Source: an uncultured Candidatus Poseidoniales archaeon
GTDB lineage: Archaea; Thermoplasmatota; Poseidoniia; Poseidoniales; Poseidoniaceae
DNA length: 64,000 nucleotides
Reading direction: 5' to 3'
NCBI GenBank assembly: GCA_963997415.1
Contig: CAXEMN010000005.1
Coordinates: forward strand, 2,647-66,646
The notes beneath the pieces were generated by a model. It searched no databases and was not told the DNA's origin. It saw nothing but the letters and a program-made list of their open reading frames with translations. This document shows, piece after piece, positions 7,611 through 15,824 of the stretch (position 1 is the stretch's first letter; each line of letters begins with the position of its first letter). A program made the position numbers and the translations under genes.

Positions 7611-9512
7611 ATGAGCCACACATGGGTAATTGATTCGAATTGCTTCATTCACCTTGGTTCCTATGCTGCGGACCGATTTCTCAAAGACATTAAGGCCATG
7701 ACGCATGCATCAAAGCATACGTTCTATGTCACTCCTGGCGTTCATGGCGAGGTTCGAACGGTACGATTTCAACGCTGGAAAAAGAAACCCCTCCTTCTGG
7801 ATGCTCTTGAAGACATCCTCACCACGGTACCTATTGATGACGCTCAAATCAGAGGCTTGGCACAACTGATTGGCGAGAAAGCATCACCCCAAGATGTTGA
7901 CTTGTCGCTTATGGTGCTTGCATCAAAATTAACCCGCGAAGGCAAAACAGTGGTGTTGGTGACCGATGATTTCAAGATGACAACGACGAGCGAAAAGGCC
8001 AATCTTGGCTACACAACATGCCCACCTTCAACCTTCATGCAACGGCTCGCTGAACTCTCATCAGTCAAGTCGAAATCTGCTTTCAACAGTCTTTCTCGCC
8101 GTATTAGGGCGGCTGAAATGAGGTATGCCATCAGCCGAGTCAATGAATACGACATTCAAGCAAAACTGACATGGATGGTTGATTCGCTGATCAGCAGTCC
8201 AAAAGCACAACCTGCACCCGCCAAGAAAGCAGAAACTTCACCAGTTGAAGACGTCCTCTCCACTGCCTTACGACGAACCCTGAACGGTGAGCAGATCAAG
8301 GCTAAACACATGAAATCACTTGGTGCATTACCTGAGATATGTGCTCCAATGTCTGGATTGGATCAACACCTCGCTAACCTGTCAACTACGACCTACTCAA
8401 ACGATGTTGAAGGCGCTTATCGAATGACGATGCTCGCCTATAGTGAGGCTTTGGAAGCGGTTGGTTTGGGTCTTGCACCGCTTGGTGAAAAGGATGCAGA
8501 ATTGGCTAACACTGCTATTGCTGGCTTTGTTCAACGTACGGAAACTGCGCTTGGATTGATGTCGAAAATGTTGGGTGAACGGGTTGCAGCCCGCCTCCAC
8601 CTCTCTCGTGCCCTTCAAGCAGCGACCCTCATCGATGACGAGTTCGCAGAGATGCACGGTATGCATCAACTCGGTTTGCTTGCCACAAGTTCAGACGATT
8701 GGGCCAGAGCTGCCAGCTTGTTTGAGACTGCAGATCGACAAGCCCAATCCACTGGAAGCAACAGACTTCGATACCTTGTCCTCTCGGGGGTCACTCGACA
8801 TCTGAACCAAGATTTTGAGGTCGCAAAACACCACATTACGACCGCTCATGAATATGTGATTGAAGACAAGTCTGCTGCAGCCCTTTCGTTGAAGGCCATA
8901 GGGACTTCATTGCTTTCGATTGACCAACCAGGCCTTGCTCTTGAACTTCTTGACGAAGGGATGGAGTGTGCCCTCGAATCGGGCAATGAGGCGGAAATTG
9001 AATCCCTAGCAGAGCTTATGGTGATGGCTCACGCTGCAATGACCAAGATCGATGCACTGCACCATGAAGGACTGCGAGACCTGCTCGACGGCTTGAACGC
9101 GATGGCTGCTGAGACAGAACAAGCATTCACGGAGAAAATTGAGGCTATCGATGAACTTGCAAGTTTACAGAACAAACCATTGGAAGAAACCTGGAACGAT
9201 TGGCAAAGCAGTGAACGGCTGATTCCTTCTGGCGAATCTATGCGAGTCGTTCGCTCAGAAATTGATGAACATGGACACACCCTCATCATCGTGCATCATG
9301 GGGAATTGGGCGCCCTTGGTCTTTGGTTGCCAGAAGGGCGTCTACCAGTGAGCCCCGGTCACGTGCTTTCACTCGGGGCCACGAGGGTCAAGGTTGCACA
9401 GCCAACGGTCGAACTTCAGGACGCGCATAGCATCCGTGGGCTTGTCGCCATAGAAGACCCAACGGCTTTGGACTTCATCGTGCCTACAGATGAAATGACT
9501 GGAGAAGATTAA
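7611..9512 (+). CDS. PIN-domain protein with a long helical-repeat (TPR-like) region and a C-terminal beta-rich domain
   Basis: The N-terminus has the acidic PIN residues in order: WVIDSNCFIH, HGEVR, DVDLSLMVLA, VVLVTDDF. The rest is Ala/Leu-rich helical repeats. GAGGAG at 7599-7604 lies 6 nt upstream of ATG 7611. Confidence 0.65.
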   Translation: MSHTWVIDSNCFIHLGSYAADRFLKDIKAMTHASKHTFYVTPGVHGEVRTVRFQRWKKKPLLLDALEDILTTVPIDDAQIRGLAQLIGEKASPQDVDLSLMVLASKLTREGKTVVLVTDDFKMTTTSEKANLGYTTCPPSTFMQRLAELSSVKSKSAFNSLSRRIRAAEMRYAISRVNEYDIQAKLTWMVDSLISSPKAQPAPAKKAETSPVEDVLSTALRRTLNGEQIKAKHMKSLGALPEICAPMSGLDQHLANLSTTTYSNDVEGAYRMTMLAYSEALEAVGLGLAPLGEKDAELANTAIAGFVQRTETALGLMSKMLGERVAARLHLSRALQAATLIDDEFAEMHGMHQLGLLATSSDDWARAASLFETADRQAQSTGSNRLRYLVLSGVTRHLNQDFEVAKHHITTAHEYVIEDKSAAALSLKAIGTSLLSIDQPGLALELLDEGMECALESGNEAEIESLAELMVMAHAAMTKIDALHHEGLRDLLDGLNAMAAETEQAFTEKIEAIDELASLQNKPLEETWNDWQSSERLIPSGESMRVVRSEIDEHGHTLIIVHHGELGALGLWLPEGRLPVSPGHVLSLGATRVKVAQPTVELQDAHSIRGLVAIEDPTALDFIVPTDEMTGED

Positions 9513-9514
9513 GC

Positions 9515-10333
9515 TCAAAATCCTATGATGTCAATCAGGTACCTGATTGCAACAACCACGATCAGCACAAGGAAAATTTGCATGATGCGTGGTTCTGTAA
9601 GGTGTTTCATTCCAAATTTCGCACCACTTCGTGCACCAATAAACGTGAGTGCTGCTAAGCCTGTAATGAAAGGAAGATCACTTGCAAGACGTTCCATTGA
9701 TTCGGTTGGCAAGAACAGAATGTGGGTGAGAATGGATACTGGAATGACAGCCATCATGAAGTGGAGGCTGCTTCCTATGGCCTTCCTTGGAGCCAATTTT
9801 CCAAAGGTTCGCAGAATCGGCACATAAATCACCCCGGCTCCAATCGCCAACACGCTGGACAACAATCCTCCAATAGCCGAACCGACCCGTAATTGTGGTA
9901 TTTCTACGATAGTGTCTTCTGGTTCGACTTCCTCAGTGCCGTTTGTGCTCTCAGTGCTCATTTTTGAGATTGTTTTTCGAATCGCCCACAAGATCATGAA
10001 CAAACTCAAAATCTTGAACACAAGATCGAGATTGTCTCCAATCAGGCTCACAATAACGACGCCAATCAGCGCCCCGGGTATGGCTCCAGCAAGTCCAATC
10101 TTCACAATGGCATCATCAACATGACCTTCACGACGATGAGCCAATCCACTGCCGTAACTGACAACCGCTGTCAATGTCAACGAGGCCGCAATAATTCGAC
10201 CATCAATAGCCCAACCCGCTCCATAATGAAGCAGTGGGACAAACAGCATCCCGCCGCCCATTCCAACGGGTGCAAAAGCAAAGGCAATGAGGAAGACGCC
10301 GAGGCTAATTCCAACCATTGCTTCAATCGACAT
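9515..10333 (-). CDS. TauE/SafE (DUF81) family anion exporter-like membrane protein
   Basis: 272 aa with about 8 TM segments. Two repeated halves carry GMGGGMLFVPLL and AIGAGVIYVPIL motifs. Confidence 0.85.
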   Translation of the reverse strand: MSIEAMVGISLGVFLIAFAFAPVGMGGGMLFVPLLHYGAGWAIDGRIIAASLTLTAVVSYGSGLAHRREGHVDDAIVKIGLAGAIPGALIGVVIVSLIGDNLDLVFKILSLFMILWAIRKTISKMSTESTNGTEEVEPEDTIVEIPQLRVGSAIGGLLSSVLAIGAGVIYVPILRTFGKLAPRKAIGSSLHFMMAVIPVSILTHILFLPTESMERLASDLPFITGLAALTFIGARSGAKFGMKHLTEPRIMQIFLVLIVVVAIRYLIDIIGF

Positions 10334-10433
10334 GCAGGCTCACAACGACCATGCCATGTCGTTTTGCTTCAAGATGTTGACCCATACAAGGCCCAACCAC
10401 ATCATTGATAGGTTGGGGCTGCGTCCTTGAGGT

Positions 10434-11006
10434 ATGGTTCTGATTCTTTTCCTCGGGTTTTTCGGCGCACTCCTCAGCGCAGTGGGGCTCCTGTACATTT
10501 GGAGCACATGGAATCGGTTCATCAATTTGGAAGAAAATGTAGAGAATGCATGGCAGGACTACGAAAGTGATGTCAAAATGAAATATGAAATGCTCCCAAG
10601 CCTTCACAACATTGTTTCTGGTCTGGCGAAGCACGAGATTGAGTTCTTTGAACAACTCTTCCTCGCTCGTCAAGCGGCTTCCGGTGCTTTGATCGCAAAG
10701 AACATCTCCGACTTCAACCAAGCTCAAAACGCTCTTGCTCAGATGACGCCTCGCTTCAATGCTCTATCTGAGGCTTATCCAGAAATAAAGGCCGATGCGG
10801 CATTTCTTGATCTCTCACACAAGTTAGTACGTCTTGAAGAAAGGCTTGCCGATCGTCGAGAGTTTTACAATTCAGAAGCAACAACTTGGAATAAAGCCAT
10901 TCAGATGATTCCTGCAAACATCGTGGCCGTGCTAAAAGGTTCCAAGCGACGTGATCTCATCGATGTCCCTGACTACTACCATCAGAATTACGTCATCGAG
11001 TTCTGA
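10434..11006 (+). CDS. LemA family protein
   Basis: N-terminal TM segment followed by WNRFINLEENVENAWQDYESDVKMKYEMLPSLHNIV and FYNSEATTWNKAIQMIPANIVA, a characteristic LemA layout. Confidence 0.88.
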   Translation: MVLILFLGFFGALLSAVGLLYIWSTWNRFINLEENVENAWQDYESDVKMKYEMLPSLHNIVSGLAKHEIEFFEQLFLARQAASGALIAKNISDFNQAQNALAQMTPRFNALSEAYPEIKADAAFLDLSHKLVRLEERLADRREFYNSEATTWNKAIQMIPANIVAVLKGSKRRDLIDVPDYYHQNYVIEF

Positions 11007-11038
11007 ATGGTAGGTCGATCAATCGGATTGGTGTTTGA

Positions 11039-12445
11039 ATGTTCTTAGTCTTCGGTTCAACTCCCTTGGCGGTACGTTTGAGTCGGTGGTGCGCTCAACG
11101 CCAACGTTGCGTCCTTGTTGGCCTCGCATCGACACTTCCGGACACTGAGCCAATCGAAGGATGTGAAATTATAGCTCTGCCAGCAGCTATGCCGCTTGCC
11201 TCATTACCGCTTGAAGATCACAAACCGACTGCAATTTTACTCATTGACCCGAATGCTTTGGAAGGTAAAGCACCAATCGAATCCATTCGAAATCACTGGA
11301 GAGACGTTCCAATTTTGACCACATTGCCATTGGAGGGTGATGGCGTTGACCTCATCAGCGTCGATGATGTCTCATATTCTGCTATGCAAGACCGTATCCG
11401 TTCATGGGAGCGAAAAGACGGTGCTGCGGTGTTACATCATTACCTCTCTTCAGTTCCTGAAGGCGCCAACATTGCCATTTTTTGCCACGACAACCCCGAT
11501 CCTGATGCCCTTGGTGCTGGGCTGGCCATGTACGAACTGTGCCATTCGATGGGGCTCGTGCCTCACCTCTATCACGGCGGATTGATCGAACACCAACAAA
11601 ACCGAGCCATGGTCAATGTCTTGGAAGTGCCTTGCCGACGGCTCATCCTTGAATGGGAAGTCGCTGATGTCCTGAGGGATGCTGCTGTGGTGATGACTGT
11701 TGACTTCCATCGACCGGGAGCAAATAATATTCTGCCAGATGATTGCGTGCCTCATATCGTGATTGATCACCACGCATCGGAAGGTGTGGCAGCTGATCTC
11801 TCCATGGTTCATCCTGAGTTCTCCGCAACGTCTTCACTTGTCGCCAGCCTCCTCATGCAACTTGAGTTCGAAATGACGCCCCGTGTGGCTACTGCCTTGG
11901 CGTTTGGCATTCGAACTGATACCCTTGGATTTACCAGGAACTTCAATCCGGTTGACATTCGGGCACTTTCATGGTTGAATGCCTGGGTCGATTCAGATAT
12001 GATGCGCTCTATAGAGGAGCCGCCACGCTCAATTGAAACATTGGATGCCTTTTCTGAAGCCCTGAAAGAACGCAAACAGTATGGCTCCACGGTGCTTGCA
12101 CCACTTTCAGCGCTACCGAACCGTGATGCGTTGGCACAAATCGCTGACTTCCTGCTTCCTACCGAAGGCGTCCAATCCGTGGTTGTCTATGGAGTTCGTA
12201 GGAATAAGGTGATTTTATCAGCGCGCACAACCAATCCGGATCTTCACCTCGGCAAGTTGCTCTCGGAGCATTGGAAACAAGGTCAAGCAGGTGGTCACAA
12301 GGCATTAGCAGGTGGTCAAATCCTGTTTGAATCACTGCTCGATGAGGTGCCAAGCCAACCAGATGAGGCAAATCAGGCGGCCCTCATTGCGATGACCAAA
12401 GAATTGGAATTGCTGTTTTCGCCGGAGGTCAATCCAAATGAATGA
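11039..12445 (+). CDS. DHH/DHHA1 family phosphoesterase (NrnA-like) with an extra ~130-aa N-terminal Rossmann-like domain
   Basis: IAIFCHDNPDPDALGAG (DHH motif I/II), VIDHHAS (the DHH motif), and the DHHA1 motif GGHKALAGG near the C-terminus. Confidence 0.85.
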   Translation: MFLVFGSTPLAVRLSRWCAQRQRCVLVGLASTLPDTEPIEGCEIIALPAAMPLASLPLEDHKPTAILLIDPNALEGKAPIESIRNHWRDVPILTTLPLEGDGVDLISVDDVSYSAMQDRIRSWERKDGAAVLHHYLSSVPEGANIAIFCHDNPDPDALGAGLAMYELCHSMGLVPHLYHGGLIEHQQNRAMVNVLEVPCRRLILEWEVADVLRDAAVVMTVDFHRPGANNILPDDCVPHIVIDHHASEGVAADLSMVHPEFSATSSLVASLLMQLEFEMTPRVATALAFGIRTDTLGFTRNFNPVDIRALSWLNAWVDSDMMRSIEEPPRSIETLDAFSEALKERKQYGSTVLAPLSALPNRDALAQIADFLLPTEGVQSVVVYGVRRNKVILSARTTNPDLHLGKLLSEHWKQGQAGGHKALAGGQILFESLLDEVPSQPDEANQAALIAMTKELELLFSPEVNPNE

Positions 12446-13607
12446 CTCTCCAATGTTCGATCGCTCAGAGCGGGTTCGAGTGCTCGGCACGGCACACGTG
12501 TCCAGCACGAGTGTCGCAGCGGTAAAGGAGCAGATTGAGGCGTTTAAGCCAGATATTGTCGCTGTTGAATTGTGCGCCAGCCGGCACAGCGCTTTGACTT
12601 CCAATCGCCGTCTCGACAAAGAAGGCCTGCTCAAGGTGGTGAAAGAAGGCAAAGCCCCTCTGGTCATGCTTCAGTCCCTTCTGGCAGCAGAACAACGAAA
12701 GATGGGTCTTGATGAAGGTGAACAACCAGGTGCAGAGTTGCTTGCCGCAGTTCAAACTGCTGAAGAAGCGAACCTTGAGGTGGCGTTGATCGATCGTGAT
12801 ATCCAAACCACGCTTCGAAGGGCTTGGAAGCGGATGAAATTCTTTGAGAAGATCAAAATCCTCTGGTCGCTTTTAGGAGAGGAAGAAGACGAAGAGGCTC
12901 CCGAAGTTTCTCAATTGCTTGAGGATCAAGACCTCTTGACTTCCCTCATGGAAGAGTTGAGAACCTTTTCACCAGGCGCTGGCTCAGTGCTCATCGATGA
13001 GCGTGATGCCTATCTTGCAGGGAAAATTTCGGCTCTTGAACAGAACAGTGACAAGCGAATTCTTGCCGTTGTTGGTGCCGGTCATCTGAAGGGCATTGAG
13101 GCACATTTGAATCAATCAACTCAACCAGATTCCGCACAACTTGAGGAATTGGAGGTGCTGCCAAAGCGAGGCAGGTTTGCCAAATCTATACCTTGGTTAA
13201 TCCCCCTCTTCGTCATGGGCTTAATTGCCTATTTTGTGTCTCAAGGCGACGCGGTCGACCTGGTCGAATTGTTCACCGTCTGGACCGCAGCAAATGCGGT
13301 GTTTGCAGCCTTGGGGTGCATTCTTGCACGTGGCCATCCGCTCGCCATTTTAACAGCTGCATTGGCATCTCCAATTACTTCGTTAAATCCTACCTTGGCC
13401 GCAGGTTGGTTTGCAGGCTATGTGCAATTGAAACTTCGAGAACCAACGGCTGAGGATTTGCAGAATTTCCTGAAAATGGATAGCTTGGGTATGTTTTGGT
13501 CGAACCGTGCAGGGCGTGTCCTCATGGTGACCGCATTGACCAACCTGGGAAGCATGGCCGGTGCTTGGGTTGCCGCAGCAGGCTTGCTGGGTGGATTGGG
13601 TAACTAA
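12438..13607 (+). CDS. TraB/PrgY/GumN family protein
   Basis: VRVLGTAHVSSTSVAAVKEQIEAFKPDIVAVELC, IDERDAYLA and VVGAGHLKGI are hallmark TraB motifs. The C-terminal half contains TM helices. It overlaps the upstream gene by 8 nt. Confidence 0.85.
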   Translation: MNDSPMFDRSERVRVLGTAHVSSTSVAAVKEQIEAFKPDIVAVELCASRHSALTSNRRLDKEGLLKVVKEGKAPLVMLQSLLAAEQRKMGLDEGEQPGAELLAAVQTAEEANLEVALIDRDIQTTLRRAWKRMKFFEKIKILWSLLGEEEDEEAPEVSQLLEDQDLLTSLMEELRTFSPGAGSVLIDERDAYLAGKISALEQNSDKRILAVVGAGHLKGIEAHLNQSTQPDSAQLEELEVLPKRGRFAKSIPWLIPLFVMGLIAYFVSQGDAVDLVELFTVWTAANAVFAALGCILARGHPLAILTAALASPITSLNPTLAAGWFAGYVQLKLREPTAEDLQNFLKMDSLGMFWSNRAGRVLMVTALTNLGSMAGAWVAAAGLLGGLGN

Positions 13608-14470
13608 GCGAGGGCATCAAGGACGTTGAGCATATCGATATGCTCTACAACATCGTGGACTCGCAGAAGATCAATGCCTTCATAGTGCGCCAATGCAGCT
13701 ACTGCAAGTGTTCCTGCTAACCGCTCGCTTGGATCCTTCCGTCCAGTCAATTGGCCGATCATTGATTTTCTCGAAACACCCCACAGCAGGGCAAATCCCT
13801 CCAAGCCTCGCATGGTTTGATGGTGTTGCAATAATTCGATATTATTCTCAAGGGTTTTTCCAAAACCAATGCCGGGGTCGAGCACGATCAATTCTGAAGG
13901 ATGGCCTGCTGATCTAAGGGCTCGCGCCGTTTCAAGTAATTGTTCACTTACTTCCTGTGCACAATTCGAATAGTTTGGTTTTTCTTGCATGGTGCCCGGG
14001 GTACCCTGCATGTGCATGATGCACACACCACATTGCGCCTCAAGAACAAGATCAACCATCGCTGGGTCTCGAAGGCCAGACACATCATTGACAAGGTCAA
14101 CGCCTGCTTCGATGGCCGCTCTTGCCACACTTGGCCTTCGAGTATCAATCGAAATGAGGCCATCTGGATTCGCCTTTCTCAATCCTTGAATCACTGGTAG
14201 GACTCGCCTTATTTCTTCTTCAGGATCGACAGGATCTGCACCGGGGCGCGTGGATTCACCGCCGATATCAATCCAAGTGGCACCATGCTCCCACATTTGC
14301 AAACCAGTTGTGATCGCATGCTCCGTGCTGTTGATTCGACTTGCTTCATGAAATGAATCAGGTGTGATATTGAGCACACCCATGACGTGGTATCCAGAAC
14401 CTTCCCTTCTGGATATTCCCGCCATTATCTGCTCACGGCGTTCCTGAGTGGGTCCGAAGGTTGCCTCCAT
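13604..14470 (-). CDS. folP: Dihydropteroate synthase
   Basis: MGVLNITPDSF, WIDIGGESTRPGA, LISIDT, VNDVSG and LDPGIGFGK motifs. The start is uncertain: ATG 14470 or ATG 14425. Confidence 0.92.
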   Translation of the reverse strand: MEATFGPTQERREQIMAGISRREGSGYHVMGVLNITPDSFHEASRINSTEHAITTGLQMWEHGATWIDIGGESTRPGADPVDPEEEIRRVLPVIQGLRKANPDGLISIDTRRPSVARAAIEAGVDLVNDVSGLRDPAMVDLVLEAQCGVCIMHMQGTPGTMQEKPNYSNCAQEVSEQLLETARALRSAGHPSELIVLDPGIGFGKTLENNIELLQHHQTMRGLEGFALLWGVSRKSMIGQLTGRKDPSERLAGTLAVAALAHYEGIDLLRVHDVVEHIDMLNVLDALA

Positions 14471-14520
14471 GGAGTGCCGACGGTGGCAGAATTGATAAGT
14501 TGTGACTTTGAAGTCGACCT

Positions 14521-15162
14521 ATGTCGCAGGGGGGCGTTGGTGATTCGAATCTATCCATGCCTGAACACGATGAGTATGTCGCTGGTGTTGGCGATGAACA
14601 AGGCTTGAGGCTCGCTGAGCGACTCATGTCCCGTTTTTCAGTGACAAACAGTGAAGAAATTTTCGAACTGATCAATAAGAAAGCCTACAATGGCGGGATT
14701 CTGATTATGCTGATTGTGCTCTGTTGGTGGGTGCTCATCACAGAAGGTGGCGATGATGTGGAATTGGCAACATCCTTCTTGTTCAATCTTAACTACCTCA
14801 ATGTCGCAATCACTGTTGGTTTATTTGGTCTTATTTCATCAGGATTAACTTCGATTGCAAAGGAAAAAGGACAACTCGTCAACTCCCTCGTCTCCGGTGC
14901 CATGCTCATTGTTTGTGGATTCTTCATCATTGAGCCACTCTTCTATGGCCTCACCGGTGATGAAATCAATGCACAAGTTGGGCTTTGGAGATCAAGCCGT
15001 CTGCTTGGATTGTTCTTTGGTGTCACTTTTTGTGCTAAATTCCTCGTCGATGCATGGCATTTGTATTGGGTCAAGACGTTCTTGGAGACGAGAGGTCTAA
15101 TCATTACGAGCAAAGATGACTCTGAACAAGGCACGATTGTTGATGGCGACGTTGTTGAGTGA
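14521..15162 (+). CDS. Hypothetical 4-TM membrane protein
   Basis: 213-aa ORF with clear hydrophobic helices (ILIMLIVLCWWVLI, VAITVGLFGLISSGL, AMLIVCGFFIIEPLF, LLGLFFGVTFCAKFLV). No family was recognised. Confidence 0.55.
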   Translation: MSQGGVGDSNLSMPEHDEYVAGVGDEQGLRLAERLMSRFSVTNSEEIFELINKKAYNGGILIMLIVLCWWVLITEGGDDVELATSFLFNLNYLNVAITVGLFGLISSGLTSIAKEKGQLVNSLVSGAMLIVCGFFIIEPLFYGLTGDEINAQVGLWRSSRLLGLFFGVTFCAKFLVDAWHLYWVKTFLETRGLIITSKDDSEQGTIVDGDVVE

Positions 15163-15203
15163 CGACGGTCGCTTTGATGAACGATGAATTGGTGGGTGCA
15201 CTC

Positions 15204-15770
15204 ATGCCAGGTGAACGACTCGATGTGTTGCGCCTCGGTTATCGCCTTGGCCGTGACCCCCGCATCACGACACATCTGGCGCTGGTGAGTCGGGCTTTAG
15301 GTGCAGATCGATTTTTACTTGCAGGGGATGAAGATCCAAAGATGTTTGAAAATTTGGAATCCGTTGCGGACAGGTTTGGCAAGGGGATGACCTGCGAACA
15401 TGTTCATGGTCCAATGGGTTGGCTGCGGCGCTTTGTGGAAGAAGATGCAGGCGATGGGGAGCCAGGTGTAGCTGTCCATCTCACCATGTATGGTGAGCCA
15501 TTTCGACAAGCCATCCCTCGGATTCGCAGGGACCGTCCTATGGTGGTCATCGTCGGTGGAGCAAAAGTTCCCGGTGATGTCTACAAGTACAGCCAGTACA
15601 ATCTGTCGGTGGGCAATCAGCCCCATTCTGAAGTCGCAGCTTTGGCGCTTTTTTTGGACGCATGGCATGGGGAATCAGGCAGCGAAAGGTCGTTCGACGA
15701 CGCTCGTTTAATCATTCAGCCGACGGCCAGTGGCAAGCGTGTGTTGGATTTGGATCGTGAAGAGGAGTAA
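15204..15770 (+). CDS. trm56: tRNA (cytidine56-2'-O)-methyltransferase, archaeal Trm56 (SPOUT)
   Basis: LDVLRLGYRLGRDPRITTHLALVSRALGAD, VHLTMYG and VVIVGGAKVPGDVYKYSQYNLSVGNQPHSEVAALALFLD closely follow the aTrm56 consensus. Alternative starts are ATG 15177 and GTG 15159. Confidence 0.88.
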   Translation: MPGERLDVLRLGYRLGRDPRITTHLALVSRALGADRFLLAGDEDPKMFENLESVADRFGKGMTCEHVHGPMGWLRRFVEEDAGDGEPGVAVHLTMYGEPFRQAIPRIRRDRPMVVIVGGAKVPGDVYKYSQYNLSVGNQPHSEVAALALFLDAWHGESGSERSFDDARLIIQPTASGKRVLDLDREEE

Positions 15771-15824
15771 GCACTCCCTCACTTGACTTGAGTCATTCGT
15801 TTTCAAGCCAATTCAATCCGAGTT

